64,000 nucleotides of DNA from Trichosphaerium sp. ATCC 40318 (lineage: Eukaryota; Protista; Tubulinea), in NCBI GenBank assembly GCA_038496445.1, contig JALMLS010000627.1, positions 186,001-250,000 of the forward strand, written 5' to 3'. How positions within the stretch are numbered: position 1 is the first letter of the stretch; every line of letters starts with the position of its first letter. Under the pieces are notes generated by a model that did no database searches, was not told the DNA's origin, and saw nothing but the letters and a program-made list of their open reading frames with translations. The position numbers were made by a program, and so were the translations under genes. Shown here in pieces: positions 38,803 through 54,371 of this stretch.

Positions 38803-39990
38803 ATGGACGCACCTACGCTTGCATCTATTAGCTGTGAAGAGCTCACAGTTAGTATAAACAACAAAAGCATGGTTTATATCCAACGTACTCAAAAAGAAAA
38901 CAAAACATGCTTAGTGTTCGTACATGGCTTTCCAGGTATGCTCAGTGTGCCAGCTCTCCTATTTATCAGCCCTTCAAGACTCATACTGGTCATGGGTTCC
39001 AGTTGTACCATTTCTGAAGCAGACTGATGTATATGCGGTTGATCTAATAGGCGTACGCACTATTCTTATTCTTTTTTGTAACGGTACTCCTCTAACAACA
39101 CTTGTAGTACGGCAAGTCATCTAAAGACGTAAAGGTACATTACTTGCACTATTCTGAACATCCATCTAAGAGCTTCCGTGAAAGGATTTCGATCCAGTGC
39201 GAGATGTAGTTGAATTTATCACAAAATTAAAACTAGACACAAAATATGAAAGTCTATGCTTAGTAGGTCACTCAATGGGCACAGCCATAGTAAAAAAAGT
39301 TGCACAGCAGCGTCCAGATCTCATTCAAAAACTTGCATTAATTGGCGGTACTACAACCTGTACGACTTGCGTATTCACTCTGTTAGGTACTGTAAATATT
39401 GGACCTGTTGCAACAGAAGGTTTGGGCGAATTCAAACTTCCAGGAGCAATAACCAAAGAGAGTACAACTGAATTTCAAGCTGGTTGCGTCAATTGTGAAA
39501 CTGCACCTTGGTACGTACCTGCTAAGTGCTTGCAATAAATAGCTTATTATGAATAGGCTCATGCCTAAAGTAATAGATATGAGCCTGAACACTCCAAGGG
39601 AGTCTTGGGTAGCAGGTATTGAATGGATGGAGAAAGATCTTAACAACGATCTTAGCAACATCAAGTACAACCAAATATCGTCAGTTATCATTCTTATGTT
39701 ACTATCTTAGAGCTCCTACAGCTGTCATCTATGGAGAAGGAGAAACTTTTTTCCCTGCTGATGTTCAGGTAACGTTTTAAACGCTGTATTCCAATAACTA
39801 ACTTTATATCCTAGAAAGAACTTGTAGGTTCGATTCCAAATGCAACACTTTTCCCTATTCCTAAGGGCGGACATTCGGTGCAATTTGAGGTACAAAACGG
39901 CTAACCTCAGGGATGAAATAACTTATTGGTTTTTTTAAGTTTCCAGAGCAAGTCGCCAAAATTTTGCAAGAATTGTGTCAAAAAAAATAA
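38803..39990 (+). CDS. Alpha/beta-fold hydrolase
   Basis: FVHGFPDS, DLIGYGKS, LVGHSMG nucleophile elbow, GGHSVQFE. Confidence 0.92.
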
Positions 39991-40156
39991 AATGATTCTC
40001 TGTTGTCTTCACCCTTGTCACTGTACCTCACAAAAAGAAATAATGTAATAAAACAAAAAAAGATTCGTTTGATTCTAATATTAGCTACTGTCAAGCGCGT
40101 GGGTGGAATTCCATTTATTAGTGTAACAAAAAATTACCCAAACCAAAAGGTGTTAT

Positions 40157-41932
40157 TTACATAATAATTGAAGGAGATGGAACAGAAGCCTTCAGTGTCT
40201 TGTGATCCAAAACTTTACCGCCGTTCAACAACAACATATCATTAATTTTGACAGCACGTCCAAGCACAGATACGTTCTCAATACGAACCCATCGACCAAC
40301 CTGAGACGAAAAAATGAGCCAAAAATAATAATAAATGATGAAAAAAATAAAATGAAATAATGTCAATTTACAAACGTACTATTGAATCCCATCCGATGAT
40401 AGAATTATCGACCATAGAATTTGACTTAATAGTAGCTCCACCAAGTACTGTAGTACGCTTTATTCTGACACCTAAAATGTCTTTTTTTAGTACTTGAAAA
40501 AAAAAACAAAACAAAACTAGACACTTCGTTCACTTCAAAAAAACGTACCATCTTCAATAACCACATCAGGACCAATACATACATAAGGTCCGATTAAACA
40601 TCCCTTTCCAATCTTTGCAGAAGGGTGCTAAAAAAGGTTGTAAGTAAAAACAGTTTACTAATCAAAACACATCACATTTGCATGGTGCAAATAGAAAAAA
40701 AACCCAAAAAACGCGAACAAATCTTTTCAGATACCCGAAAGAAATTCCTTTCGCAATTAAACGTACAATTAAACAAGGACCAACTGTGCCCTCTCCAGTA
40801 GTCAAAGCAGTAGGTTCTTTTACTCTCAAACTGTTTAAAAACAAGCACATGCCCGATAAGAAGTCTTTAGGTTGACCAACGTCCATCCAAAAGCCCAATA
40901 ACTCTTTACAATAAAGCTGACCTTCATTAGCCAATTCAGGGAACACTTTGCGCTCAATCGATGTAGGAACAGGCTAAACAATTTCTTAGACATTATTCTG
41001 GAAGAGAAAGCAATTTTAAAACGCGCTACGTGGCGAAAAAGATCGAAACAAATTAAAAGTTTTTTTTTTTCCATGTTTATTAAAAAGGCCAGCGTACCTG
41101 TATCCGTTTCAAAATAGACTTGCTGAAGATGTATATGCCAGCGTTGATTTTATTACCAACGAATACTTGAGGTTTCTCTACAAATTTTTCTATCTTTCCT
41201 GTTTGCTTGTCGTACATCACTACACCATATTTTGAAGGTTCTGCGACTTTCGTAACCTATTGTGGACACTGTAAGAAGCATGCTCAAGAAAAATAAAACG
41301 CAATAAATTGTTTTCTTATGTGTTGAGCGCGTGGTGAACGCAAAGTAACACGGAAAAACGCAAAGTCAGCGTAGTAACGCACCATAATTGTTCCTTCACC
41401 TCCATGGGCCTTGTGGAAGTCGTATAACTCCTTGAAAGGATAATCGGCGGTGATGTCGCTATTCAAAACAAAGAATGGCTCATCATCGTCACCACCTGCT
41501 AGTATTTTATCCTTGGCTAGGCCAATAGGTCCCGCTAGAGCAAAACTTAGCAAAACGGAGGATTTTGTTGCCTAGTTTGGTATGTACCTGTGTCAAGGGG
41601 TTCGTGCTCCTGGGAGTATTGTATCTCTACGCCGAGCTACCACGCACGTTAATTGTTGATTTCAAAAAGTCTTAAAGGCTACCTTCGCTTCCCACGGCTT
41701 TAATATCTTCCGCATCTCATCTGGCTTGTAGTTAACGGCCAAAATGACGGTTTTTACACCAGCCTTAGTGAGTCAGCACGAAATTACCAACGAAAGTGCC
41801 TACCTTTGATAGAGCCTCCATTTGGTGTACGATAAGCGGTTTGTTGCAAAAAGGTACGCATGGCTTGGGGCAGGAGAGCGTTAATGGTCTTAGTCTTGTA
41901 CCGAAACCGCCGACGAGAATTAAAGCTTTCAT
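40157..41932 (-). CDS. GMPPB: Mannose-1-phosphate guanylyltransferase beta (GDP-mannose pyrophosphorylase)
   Basis: [70 protein letters not shown]. Confidence 0.96.
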
Positions 41933-42199
41933 TGTTGTAGTTTGTAAAGTAGAATGATCCCCAAGTTACCCCAAAAGTATAGAAAACTAAAATAAATTCG
42001 CAAAAACACGGACAAACGCGTAACAGGTGTTTTTGCGTAGTGAAACGCGCTAAGAGCGACAATCACAATCAGCCAGAAAGATCACGAGATTTGTTTGTTA
42101 GAATTCTCGTGAAAACAAGTGCAAAGGAGCGTGGCTCATCTACTTCATCGATACAACGCGTTATATCTATGTTACAGTATTTATTTACGTTTACAACGA

Positions 42200-42870
42200 T
42201 TATTTGCATCCTTTACTAGGTATAGTAACAAAGAAAGGTAAAGCAAGTTTGAAATCGAGCTTTAAAGACTGTTCTTCTTCTTCAGTTTTAGCCTTTGACA
42301 TTTCAACTTGCCGTATCTTATTCAAATATTTCAGCCTCGCTATTGCGCGTGACTCACTTGATGTGACACGTCTTGTAGCTTTTGTTTGTTTTACCCAATC
42401 CTTTGTATCGTATACTTTAGTTTCTGTGTATCGCTTCTGTATTTCGTCTTTTTTTGGTAGCAGTTCAGTTAGGAAAAGTGTAAAAAGCGTTATTTTATGA
42501 CTGTACCTTTAATAATCAAACGTAAACTTCGTCGGCGTACTACACTCTCTGTTGTTCCATCTGTGGACCGTTTTAAGTTGACTCTTGCTAACATTGTTGG
42601 TGCAACGTTCTCAGGTTTGTCTACTCCAGCTACTTTCGCATTCCCTGTTAACGTAAGGTAAGTTTATGAAAGCACTAATTCCACCTTACATCCTTCCGCT
42701 TGGCTAACAGCATTTCGTATAAAGCGACCACAAGCAGCGACATCCACTCGTAACCGTCGCTTTGGCCTTGTCTTTTTTTTGGTTGGCTTTTTATGTTTGC
42801 TTACATCATTCCATATGCTTTGCGCGAATGTAGATGCATTACACGCACCATCGTCCAAAAAAACAGACAT
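42200..42870 (-). CDS. Hypothetical basic protein (3 exons)
   Basis: Frame-consistent GT-AG joins; no recognised domain. Confidence 0.5.
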
Positions 42871-43033
42871 AGTTACTAATTTGATTTAAAGTTGTATTTC
42901 TTCGACTGCAGCGAGCTGGTAGATTGTTGATTGCTTCGCCACGTTTATTGTCAACCTGAGACAAGCAGTGTACTAGGGTCAAAATAATTCATAAAAAAGT
43001 GTAAACCACGAAATTTGGCGGCTGTAGTTCACC

Positions 43034-44014
43034 ATGGCGGAAATAGAAGAATCCACAACAAATTCCAAGCAACCCGAGTCCCCTCAGCATGACTCGGAGC
43101 GAGAAAGGAGCCCAAAGAGCCCGAAGAGCAGGTCCCAATCGCCTGCACGTAGCCCACGTTCTCGTTCTAAGTCTCCGCGATCTCGTTCAGGTTCACGGTC
43201 ACGTTACAGACGAAGCGAACGTGGGGAAAAGAGTGAACGTAGGAGATCACCAGCAGGAAGGCGTGGAAGTAGAGATAAGGTATAGTGGAACTTTTTGTTA
43301 ATGAAATAAATAACTTATTTATTGACTTTTTAGCCCGAAGCAGCGCCTTGTAGAGTACTGGGAATATTTGGTCTGCACCAAAAAACAACAAAAGATGATC
43401 TAAAGACAGAATTCAGCAAATACGGCGAGATTGAGTCTTGTACTGTCATTATAGACAAAAAAACTGGTCAATCAAAACGTTATGGCTTTATATACTTTGA
43501 GACAACAGAGGGAGCTGTCAAAGCCCGAGATAAAATGAAGGGTGTGGTATGTGAAATATAAGAAAACACTGCAACAACGCTAAATGTAGACTACAGGAGT
43601 TCCAAGGGCGTGAGATACGTGTTGATTTTTCAACTACTACAAAGCCGCATGAATCTACTCCAGGACGCTACATGGGCAAGGTTACCAGGTCCACTAGATA
43701 CCCTCCTAGGTATTCTTCAAGGTATCATCCATACCGCGACTATGACTACTACTATCGCCGTTCTCCACCTCGTTCACCTCCTAGATACCATTACGACTAC
43801 CGTAGGTATGAGGATGAACGTTATAGACGAAGTTATGACAGGTAAATAGTGAAGATGTCTCTAAGTTTTTAACAAATACTTTCTTTTCTAAACCAACTTT
43901 TGTAGGTATGAACGTGACCGTTACGAAAGAGAAAGAGATAGATATGAACGTGATCGTTATGCGAGAGATCGCTACGGAGATCGTTATGAAGATGAACGAT
44001 ACTATAGAAGATGA
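43034..44014 (+). CDS. TRA2: Transformer-2-like SR splicing factor (RS-RRM-RS/RD)
   Basis: RS-rich N-terminus; PCRVLGIFGL...SKRYGFIYF...GREIRVDFSTTTKPHESTPGRYMG; RYD/RDRY tail. Confidence 0.88.
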
Positions 44015-45283
44015 ATAGCCACAAGAGCTGAAGAGAAAAAAATACAATTAGAAATGTGGGTGTACTCAAATGTTTGGGTTAGATACAAATGCGCCAAGGA
44101 CTCAAGAACCAAGCCGTTTGTGAATAAAAGGAAAGAATGAAAAAAAAAAAGAACAAGAAAAGTAGCAATTGTAGAAAAAACCCTCCCAGGGCTTTCAGAA
44201 GCGAACACGTGAACTAAACCAGAAAAAAATCTGAACAGCCATAAGAAAAGTCAGTATTTTGAAACCTACCTCAAAAATTGAAAAAAAATCTCAAGTTTTG
44301 TAGACATGTGTTCTTATTCAAACTCCGTAGCTCACCTGGTAAGAACGCATGTCAGGTGAGCTCCCACACAATAGTGACCAAGGTATAACGAGAGTTACCT
44401 CTCAATCTCATTATTTAGTCGTACTAGTGCTATGTCTTTCGTGGCGAAATTGTAAATCTATTTTCGCTGTTCAAGGCTTTGCACTGTTTATATGGCGACG
44501 TACGGTCTTTTCAAAGCTTCAGATATAGATGGCATTTATTTAGTATTCGAGGACTTATAATTATGAATGCCATACCTTTTATCAGCGCTTCTATTGGCCA
44601 CGGGGACAACGCCAAATTTTGTCTTATTTTTAGTATTTACCTTATACACGACTCACGTGGTGCGTTAACAAATAATGTAACTCCCTCCAATGGTGGATGG
44701 TGTATTTTTTTTGCTTTAGGGAGCTTTGGAGTACACAATGGTTAAGTAAGTAATTATCAACATTTTAACCCTTTTTGCTATTGCGGGCACTTAACAAAGT
44801 CGAATATTCGGTTGGTGACAGTGAACTCACGTTAGGTATTGAGCAAGCAAGTGCGTACGTGTACCAAGGCACATTTCAAAAGCAAAGAAAAAACAGTGTG
44901 CACCAACACCTTACAGACTGCGGCTTTTTTTTTACCAACGTCGAAACTTACGACATGATTACCGTTTATTGTAAAATACAATGATTTTTTGATGTTAGAC
45001 ACGTGATGCGCAACGAAGACATGTAGTTGAGCTTTGAACAGCGTCATTGGTTGAGGTAATGTTCAATTAAGAAAAAGTGCTTTGAGCTCTATTCTGATCG
45101 TTAGTAGGACGTTGAATACACCTTTGACGAACTTCTTAACAATCTCAGTTCCGTTTAAAAGTGATCTTTTATGAAAGTTTTTCTTTCTTAGCCGATTTTG
45201 GTACGCAAAAAGTTTTTTGCCATGCAAATTCTTTCTTCGTAACGCGCAACACTCGTAACAACAATAACTGTACGCACAAGTGA

Positions 45284-46910
<1,627 letters not shown>

Positions 46911-47261
46911 ACGTGTCACAATAGAAATAAAAGAAAAAACATAAAAAAGTTGACTCTAAACACTTGTTGCATGTTACTATTTTTTTACATTGGAATGGCA
47001 CCCCGTTTCGCGTTTCTCGTCAATATAGCATGGTGATGTCAGTCTAATAATCACGTGTTTTGAACCAAACGTAAAATGTATCAGATATTAGACATCAAAC
47101 TATTTTACATTTTTCCGCTAAGTAATGCCACGATCCAGATCAATTAGGCTGTTGTGAAATTCTTGTACGGTTGTATTTCTTGACTCTGTGGTGACCAAAA
47201 AAAAGCTTGAGTTTCCGAAACGGCAGGAACTGGAGCAAAGTTTATAGTAACTGTAAGCGAG

Positions 47262-50178
47262 ATGCACAAAGGTAAGGTTTTGAGCTACGTCAGTGTGTTA
47301 ACGGATTAATAAAAGCCAACAACAAAAAACGTGTAAAAAAGAATATTGAGAGCGAGTGTGGCATTAAGCGTTTGCTACCACCAGAGTACAAGACAGTAGA
47401 GTCTGTACAATTCGATAAACGGTACGACATTTTGCGTAATACAAAGATTCGTGTCAATAACTGTTTATACGCACAAAGATGGCCTTCAGCATTCTTTTCT
47501 CTTGTTTGTATGGGCTTGGGTGATGCCCTAGGTTGGCCTTTAGAAACAAAGGATCCAGACGCCATAGTAGCATTGTGGCCAACATATAAAGGCTATCCTG
47601 AATTTTTAATCCCTAGTGGTGCCGTTTGGTACATGTTTATTTACTCACTTGACCTGACTTCAGTGTTTTCGAGTTTTTCTCCATTGAGCTTTATTTATGC
47701 ATAGTTCTTATCCCATAGCATTAAATTAGGTTACGTTAACGTCCCAGTTTAGGTCAGATGACACCCAAATCGCTCTTAGCTTGATGGGCAAGATACAAAC
47801 TTTGAAATTGTTGTTTTCTCTAATGTTCTTTCTAGACTCTCTTGTACACCACGATGACATTGAACCAGAGTAAGCTATCATCTTGTTTATGAATTGTTTA
47901 ATTGACATGAGAGTTAGTTATATTAAAGGACTATGGCGTCAGCTTGGAACTTTGGAGGTTTTTGAAGAAGCTGGGCAAAGGTTGCGTATGTTTTTTTACA
48001 CAGTATTTTTGTTGACACGGTCCTGTCTGTCTTCTTACTTTATTTATAGCAAAGTTCCAAAAAGGAGGGTACGTATTTTTGAAATTGATACGTAGGTGAC
48101 TGATGATGACACGTGATTTTATAGATTCAGAGGTACTGGATCTAATTTTAGAAAAATCGTTGATCAACTTGATACAAAACGCTCTGGAGATTGTTATCCA
48201 GATGTTGCAAATCCTACGTACGTGAATTAATACCATGTTTCAAAAACGGATGTACATTAATGTGAAGAATGACTAGTCAACCAATTTTTTATTCGGTTTG
48301 TTTTGTTGTTGCTGTTTAGTACTCACTTTGAGACATGTGAACATTTTATGACTCACTTTTTAATTTTAAAGAACTGCTGGAAATGGCGCCGCAATGAGAG
48401 TTGCACCACTTTCGATATGGGCATGGAAAGGAAAAGACAAAACAATGGTACTGGCTTGTTTTTTTTTGCCATGATTTTTAATACCTTTTTTACCAGCAAG
48501 AACGTGCAGACATCCTTGGAGACTTGGTGTATCAAGTGAGTATTATTTGAATAAATAAACCAGTAATAGCTTCCATAGGCGTCAATACTGACACATACGA
48601 ACCCACTTGGGATAACACCTGCGTTTGCATTGGCATACGCAATATTTCGTATGCTAGGAAGCCCACACGGAGAAGAGGTTCAAGATCCGATGCCATTCCA
48701 TAAAGATGGTTTTGTGGAACAACTTAATCAGATTTACATGGAGACGTGGTAAGTGACTGCTCTAACAAATCCTCCCGTTAGTCGTTTTTTTTAAACGTTC
48801 TTTTTAAGTCACTTCGAAAAACGGTTGAAGCAGCATGGGTTTGGTTCAGGTGGAGATATAAACGTATTCTCCGGAATGTTGGATCAAATAATAAATCATG
48901 TAAAGTACGTATATGTTTGTAATGTCCTGTACGTAAGTGATGGAGTTAAAAAAATAGGAAATTTCGAAAAAAAAATTCTCGGGCAGAAGTATTATTACAG
49001 AGTATTGTTGACTCTTGCATACTTCCAATTGGTACAAATAATACATATTTTACTGAGTGAATATACTAATAAGGTTTCTTCAAAGCTAAACAAAATACAA
49101 CCACAAATATTTAGTGCGTTTTCATAACTTCCTTTTGTTATTGCTTATTTTTTTTTAGCACACCAAATCATTGCTTCTCATTGGCTTCAGTCACCCACTC
49201 GCTTGTTGCAGGGCTTTTGCTTAAAGATACGCGATTCTTAGGGTAAGTGTACTTAGAGTTTCTGTCATACTCAAACGTTTACCAAAGGAGCCTACAGTAC
49301 ATGTACATGTCCGGAGGAGATACAGGTTATTAGCTATTATTTTACAAAGACCTGACATGGTGAACTTAGATACTGTTGGAGCAATGTTTGGCGGACTTGT
49401 AGGCGCATATATTGGGCATACAGTACCTTGGACAAAAAGGATAAAACCTTACTATGTCAATCAATTCATAGAACCAGATGCTATCAAAGCTACCTTTAAT
49501 GCTTTCATAAAAGTAGTTCTTGATGATGCTGAACCGCCAAAAGCAGGCTCACCAAGGTACATTAAAGTATTACATACGCATGATCAATGACTTTACATAT
49601 AGGTATGTACCATTAGTCCACTTTGTGGCACTAGAAGAGCGTGTCAACAAGGCACTAAGTCGGGAGGATGACAACAAACGTATCAATGCTATGATTGTAA
49701 GTATCTTGTTTTTTTAAAGTTTAAATATTTCTCCTCACTGCGAACGTATAGCCAACAGACAGAAATGACGTCGCTTGGTTTCACTTAAAAAAATTCTCTT
49801 CTCTTAGGGCATCATTGAGCTCGTTCTTAGCTGAGAAGTCGCTTGAGGAGCTTTTTGATAGGTTTGTCTTTATAAAACTGCTGTTTTGTACATTTACTTC
49901 TTACTTTTTCTTTAGACAGTCGATCGTAGAGGCTTATTGCAGTTTTCATACAGACGTTGTTACCAAAGATGATAAAAAGATAAAACATTTATTGCTAAGC
50001 TTGGAAGGCACGTGATTTTTTGAAACGACCAGTCGCTCGAAAAAAAAACATCCGACTTCCGTTGTAACGTATTTCTTGTAATGTAACATTGTTTCTTAAA
50101 GGGAGCCAAAGGCAACAACTTTTTGAACGTATCTACACAAAAACTATTTGGGATAAAATCACGGAAACTCTCAAATAA
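47262..50178 (+). CDS. ADP-ribosylglycohydrolase (ARH/DraG family) with C-terminal extension
   Basis: GDALG, WSDDTQ, AGNGAAMRVAP, LTH, GGDTDTVGAMFGGLVGA across spliced exons; termini approximate. Confidence 0.88.
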
Positions 50179-50665
50179 TATAGGTTGCTGTTATCACAGG
50201 CAAGAGAAATAAAGCCTTTCATGTTTCTAGCGTCGCATCTATGCCTAAGGCATACAACCGCTAGTGCTATTGGAACTTTTATACGACGTGTTTATTCATT
50301 TGTAAAAGTTCTTTTGATAGCTAAACTTGTTTAAAAATATGACTGTCACAGCGATGTGTGGGGTAACTTTCTTCACTCAATAACGAAAAAATCAAGGAGA
50401 ACGATATTTGTATTAGCCAACACCAGGAGAAAACACGTGGGCTTATGAGTAGTATTGGAATGGGAAAAAAGTCTTCCAATTTTATTTCAGTTTATTTACA
50501 AAGTTCGAACAAGGAACAGTGAGCAAAAAAATATTAGCGACAATACAGCTCTAAATGATCTTGTCTATTGGTGTCATTTTGTTTTGGTTATACTTACAGA
50601 GTGGGATTTTTTAAAAAGAGTTCACAAAAGTTTTTACATTTTCGCAGTGTTTGAGTTATCCTTAT

Positions 50666-51892
50666 TCAAGCATTACCTCGTTGATGTAACTTTACTAGAA
50701 TGTCTGAGAGGTGCTTTTTTAATCCAGGTGAGTCAAGGGCCAGAGACTTAGAGAAATTGTATTTAATGCCTCCTTGAATATATCCATAAGCTTTCAAGTC
50801 TTCTTTTTGTTGTTGTAGCGCTTCTTTTACGTTTTTCCATACGCGTTCTCGCTCTTTCTGAACAGCGAATTTCCAAACTCTACCATTTTTATGGTGTCCT
50901 TTCATAACAACCCATCTAGAACAGCGTGAATCATTTTACAAATAAAGTATGTTGTTCGCCAGAAAAAGTGGAAATTTGTGAGTTTTTTTTGCGTTGGTTT
51001 TTTGTTCATGAGGTTTTAGCATTCGTGACTATGACGTACCTCTTCATGCTCTTGAGCCTATTGAGTGCGCTATTTGTTGTCTTTTTTGATTTATTCTTGT
51101 TTGCAAATAGTTGTACAGCGAGCATAAACAACTCATGGTGCCTTAAAAAGATGATTGTCAATATCCGACAAAAAAAGTGAACACGTGAGAACCTGAACCA
51201 GGTTCGGATAAAAAAAAATGCGACGAAAGTGAACTATTAAAAAGTGCACGATTTCCTACGCCAAAGATTGGAAATAGCGCAGTGTTCCATTAAGGGCAAC
51301 TGCGACGAGAATACAACCACGTGTTATACAAAAGGTTAAAACGAAAATTTTCGTACTTTACGCAGTATGCTAGATCTTTCTCAACATCTTTCTCGCACCC
51401 AAATCCGCATGCGGATGCTATGACCAGTCCACGTAGTATAGGTCTGGCTGTGTTAACGAATAAATCAGCTCCGTTGCTATTAACGAGCAATAACTCAATA
51501 TCGCTACTTTGTGACGCTTGTCCTTTTGCTGTAGAAAGTACTACAGACTGCGCTGATATTCTGTTATCAAGGGAAGGCTTAGGTGTATCACAGGCGCTTT
51601 GTGTTGGTTGTAAAGAAGGATCAAAACGAACACGAACAGGTGCTTGTCTTGATACCGGTCTGAAAGCGCTGCATCTTCTTGTGTTAACCCTGAAATGTAT
51701 CTAAAGATTCTTAACACTTGAGGATTTGATCACCAAAAAGCTTGTTATGTTTGGAACTACAGTAGAACTGCAGTACTGCAATTCTTGTGGTTATTTTTTT
51801 GAGTTTTTAATTTTATTTTAAAAGCTTACTGTCGCACACGATCTTTGTAGAGGTTTATGTAGGTTCATCTTTGTTGGTTGAAGCTTAGGCAT
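50666..51892 (-). CDS. Hypothetical multi-exon protein
   Basis: Open segments ~51350-51700, ~51040-51140 and ~50670-50915 bounded by GTACG donors and AG acceptors; no recognised domain. Confidence 0.45.
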
Positions 51893-54371
51893 GTAATCTG
51901 GAAGGTGATCATAAGTTAAAAAACTTTTTAATATTGCTTTAATTTTTTGTTATGAACGTCGTTTCGCTGTTATCACGTGCCTGGTTGTATAGGTTGGTTT
52001 TTAAGAGTACCGTAGAGAGACATTTAAAAACCTTTTATTTTGTATCAAGGGTCACGTGGGGTAGTCTAATCGTCGTCGAAAGAATGTTCTTTGAAACTAG
52101 TTGAACATACATGATCTTGGTAACTTTTTTTTTAGTTTTAACAAATGTGCCTTATTGCCTTACCACTTTTAGTTAAAAGTGATCAGACCTTTTATTTGCG
52201 CGAAGAATACCTTAATGTAATCTTAATGAGGATCATTATGACGTCGGAGCGAAATTGGCTTCAACTTGCGCAGAAACCGCTAGTGTTTGCGTCATTGGTA
52301 TTATATGATGCAATACTATCGGAAGTGTCTTGCGTTCTATTTTACTGCTGTAACTTTTACACATCCTAAAAGGATTGATCATTCACATGCATTTTATAAG
52401 TACGCTAGCTTGCCTAGCGAAGGTCTTATCGGTATTCAGAGCGGGACTTCCGTTGTGCAAAATAATCTCGTGTGATGATACGGTTTGCTTTTTCTGCGTA
52501 CCATTTTGTCCCTCTCTTGTAGTATGTCATTGTGTTCAAGAACTCGGTGCGAGAGTAGTGAGATTGTTAAACTGGAGCATTATCGGTCAATTATGCCGTT
52601 AGTTTTAATTACCAAGGCGAGCACGAATGACGCTAACAAAGCGTAGAAAGCGGAAACAGTTTGGAGAGGAAAATTCTTCCAAAGTCGAAAATTGCTCCAG
52701 TAATTGACGCTATCGGCCCTGAAGGCTTTCTGAACCATCAAAAGAAGTTCCTGTAGCGTTACGTGAACTAAATTGGATGATTATATCACGGAACTTCGCT
52801 TTTACAGCCCGCAGTAAAACCACAAGCGCACCAAAAACTCAATTTACGTGTATGCAGGGAAATATCTGAAAATCGCTTTGCCGACGAAAATTCCGCCTGA
52901 AATTACGCCTATACAGTACCTGGTGTACAAGGTGTATAAAACACTAATTAGATATGGAAATGTACTCGCTTAATAGGTAAACCGAGAAATTCAGCCAGTT
53001 ATGTGCCGAACACAAGTATTTTGAGTACTTTTTTTTGTAGCTACGCTTTTGTTTATCCACTGCGTTTTTCTATTTGTGTTTTATTACTAGCCGTACGGAG
53101 TACAGGCAACTCAATTATTTCAGAGCTAAATCGATTTTTTTCTGGCGCATTGACGATTTGTTCCTATTTTATTCTTACCCTAATCACGTGCGATCTATAT
53201 GTGGAGTTTTGTAGCGCGCATTCTTTTTTTTGTGTTCGCAGGTTTGAGGTAAGGCATTAATCGGTATTAAAAGAGCCGTAGATGTGTACCCTGATGCAGG
53301 TTAAACCATTAATGCTGTTTCATCACCTCTACTGTTTCTTGACAATATTGATTAAATCAATTCGATCTTGACCATCTATCTTTTTAGATAAAATGGCTTC
53401 CGCTAATAAACGCTTGCTGGATAAGCTAAATCAAAGCGCACTTGATCACAAGTCTTATGCTTCACAATGTTGGTTTTGTGTTGTTGGTTGTACTAACAAA
53501 AAGTCTTGTTAGGAAACGGCAGTCCCCAGCCTGTGGTCTTACGATTGTGCTCTGGAGTACTAATATATCATGTTCATTTGATACCTACACTCAACTGGTT
53601 AATGAATGTTCAGTGCAGAATGCCACCCGTCAACATTTATGTAAGTCGTGAAACATTGCAGTGTAGTTGACGCACACGCATCCAACTTCAGTTACTCCCT
53701 GTTTGCAATTTCATGTAGTGGGTGCAATCGGGCATAGCACTTGAGAGTGAACAAAAACTATTCTTCCTCAAATGTAGCAAATAGTAGTCTGGTAGTAACA
53801 CAATACTAAATTAACGTTAAGATATAATAGCATCAAGGTCTGAAGGTGTAGTAGCAGCTCAACAACGAATAGTATTTCAGTGTAGGCAGGTCGAATAAAC
53901 AACGAAACTGCATTCATTACTAAAAGTTGATAGGACTTGGTGGGTGACTGGACTTGTGTAGATTCGCACGGAGCCTGGAATATGTCAGGACCGGCTAAAG
54001 TATGCACGTGGCGCCCTGTATAATGCATTGAGTAGTAGAAAACGACGAACTTGTGAAATTAGTTGTCGGGTAACATTATGACTGAGGAGTCGATTTTTGC
54101 ACTGAACTAAAGTGGCTTTTTTTTTGATATTCTTGAGGTAAAGAAGGCCTTCACTTCTACAAACACCTGATACGACAATGAGGGGATGCATTCCTACTGC
54201 TAAATGAGTAGTAAACGCACAGCGAACTTGTCAATACTAAATTATGTGTCAACCAACCGTTTTTTCTGTCGGTTAAGAGAGACTCATCCTTAAAATCAAG
54301 CTCTAAACGTTATACAACGTCGACTATTAATACAAGGCAATAATATACACCTACATATTGCTATAAGCATA

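Noticed and set aside
44322-44400. tRNA gene
   Set aside because: A-box-like start only; no T-arm GTTC or acceptor stem.
52100-54300. Gene or snoRNA host in the long intergenic stretch
   Set aside because: Splice-like signals exist, but I could not build a consistent frame or paired C/D boxes.
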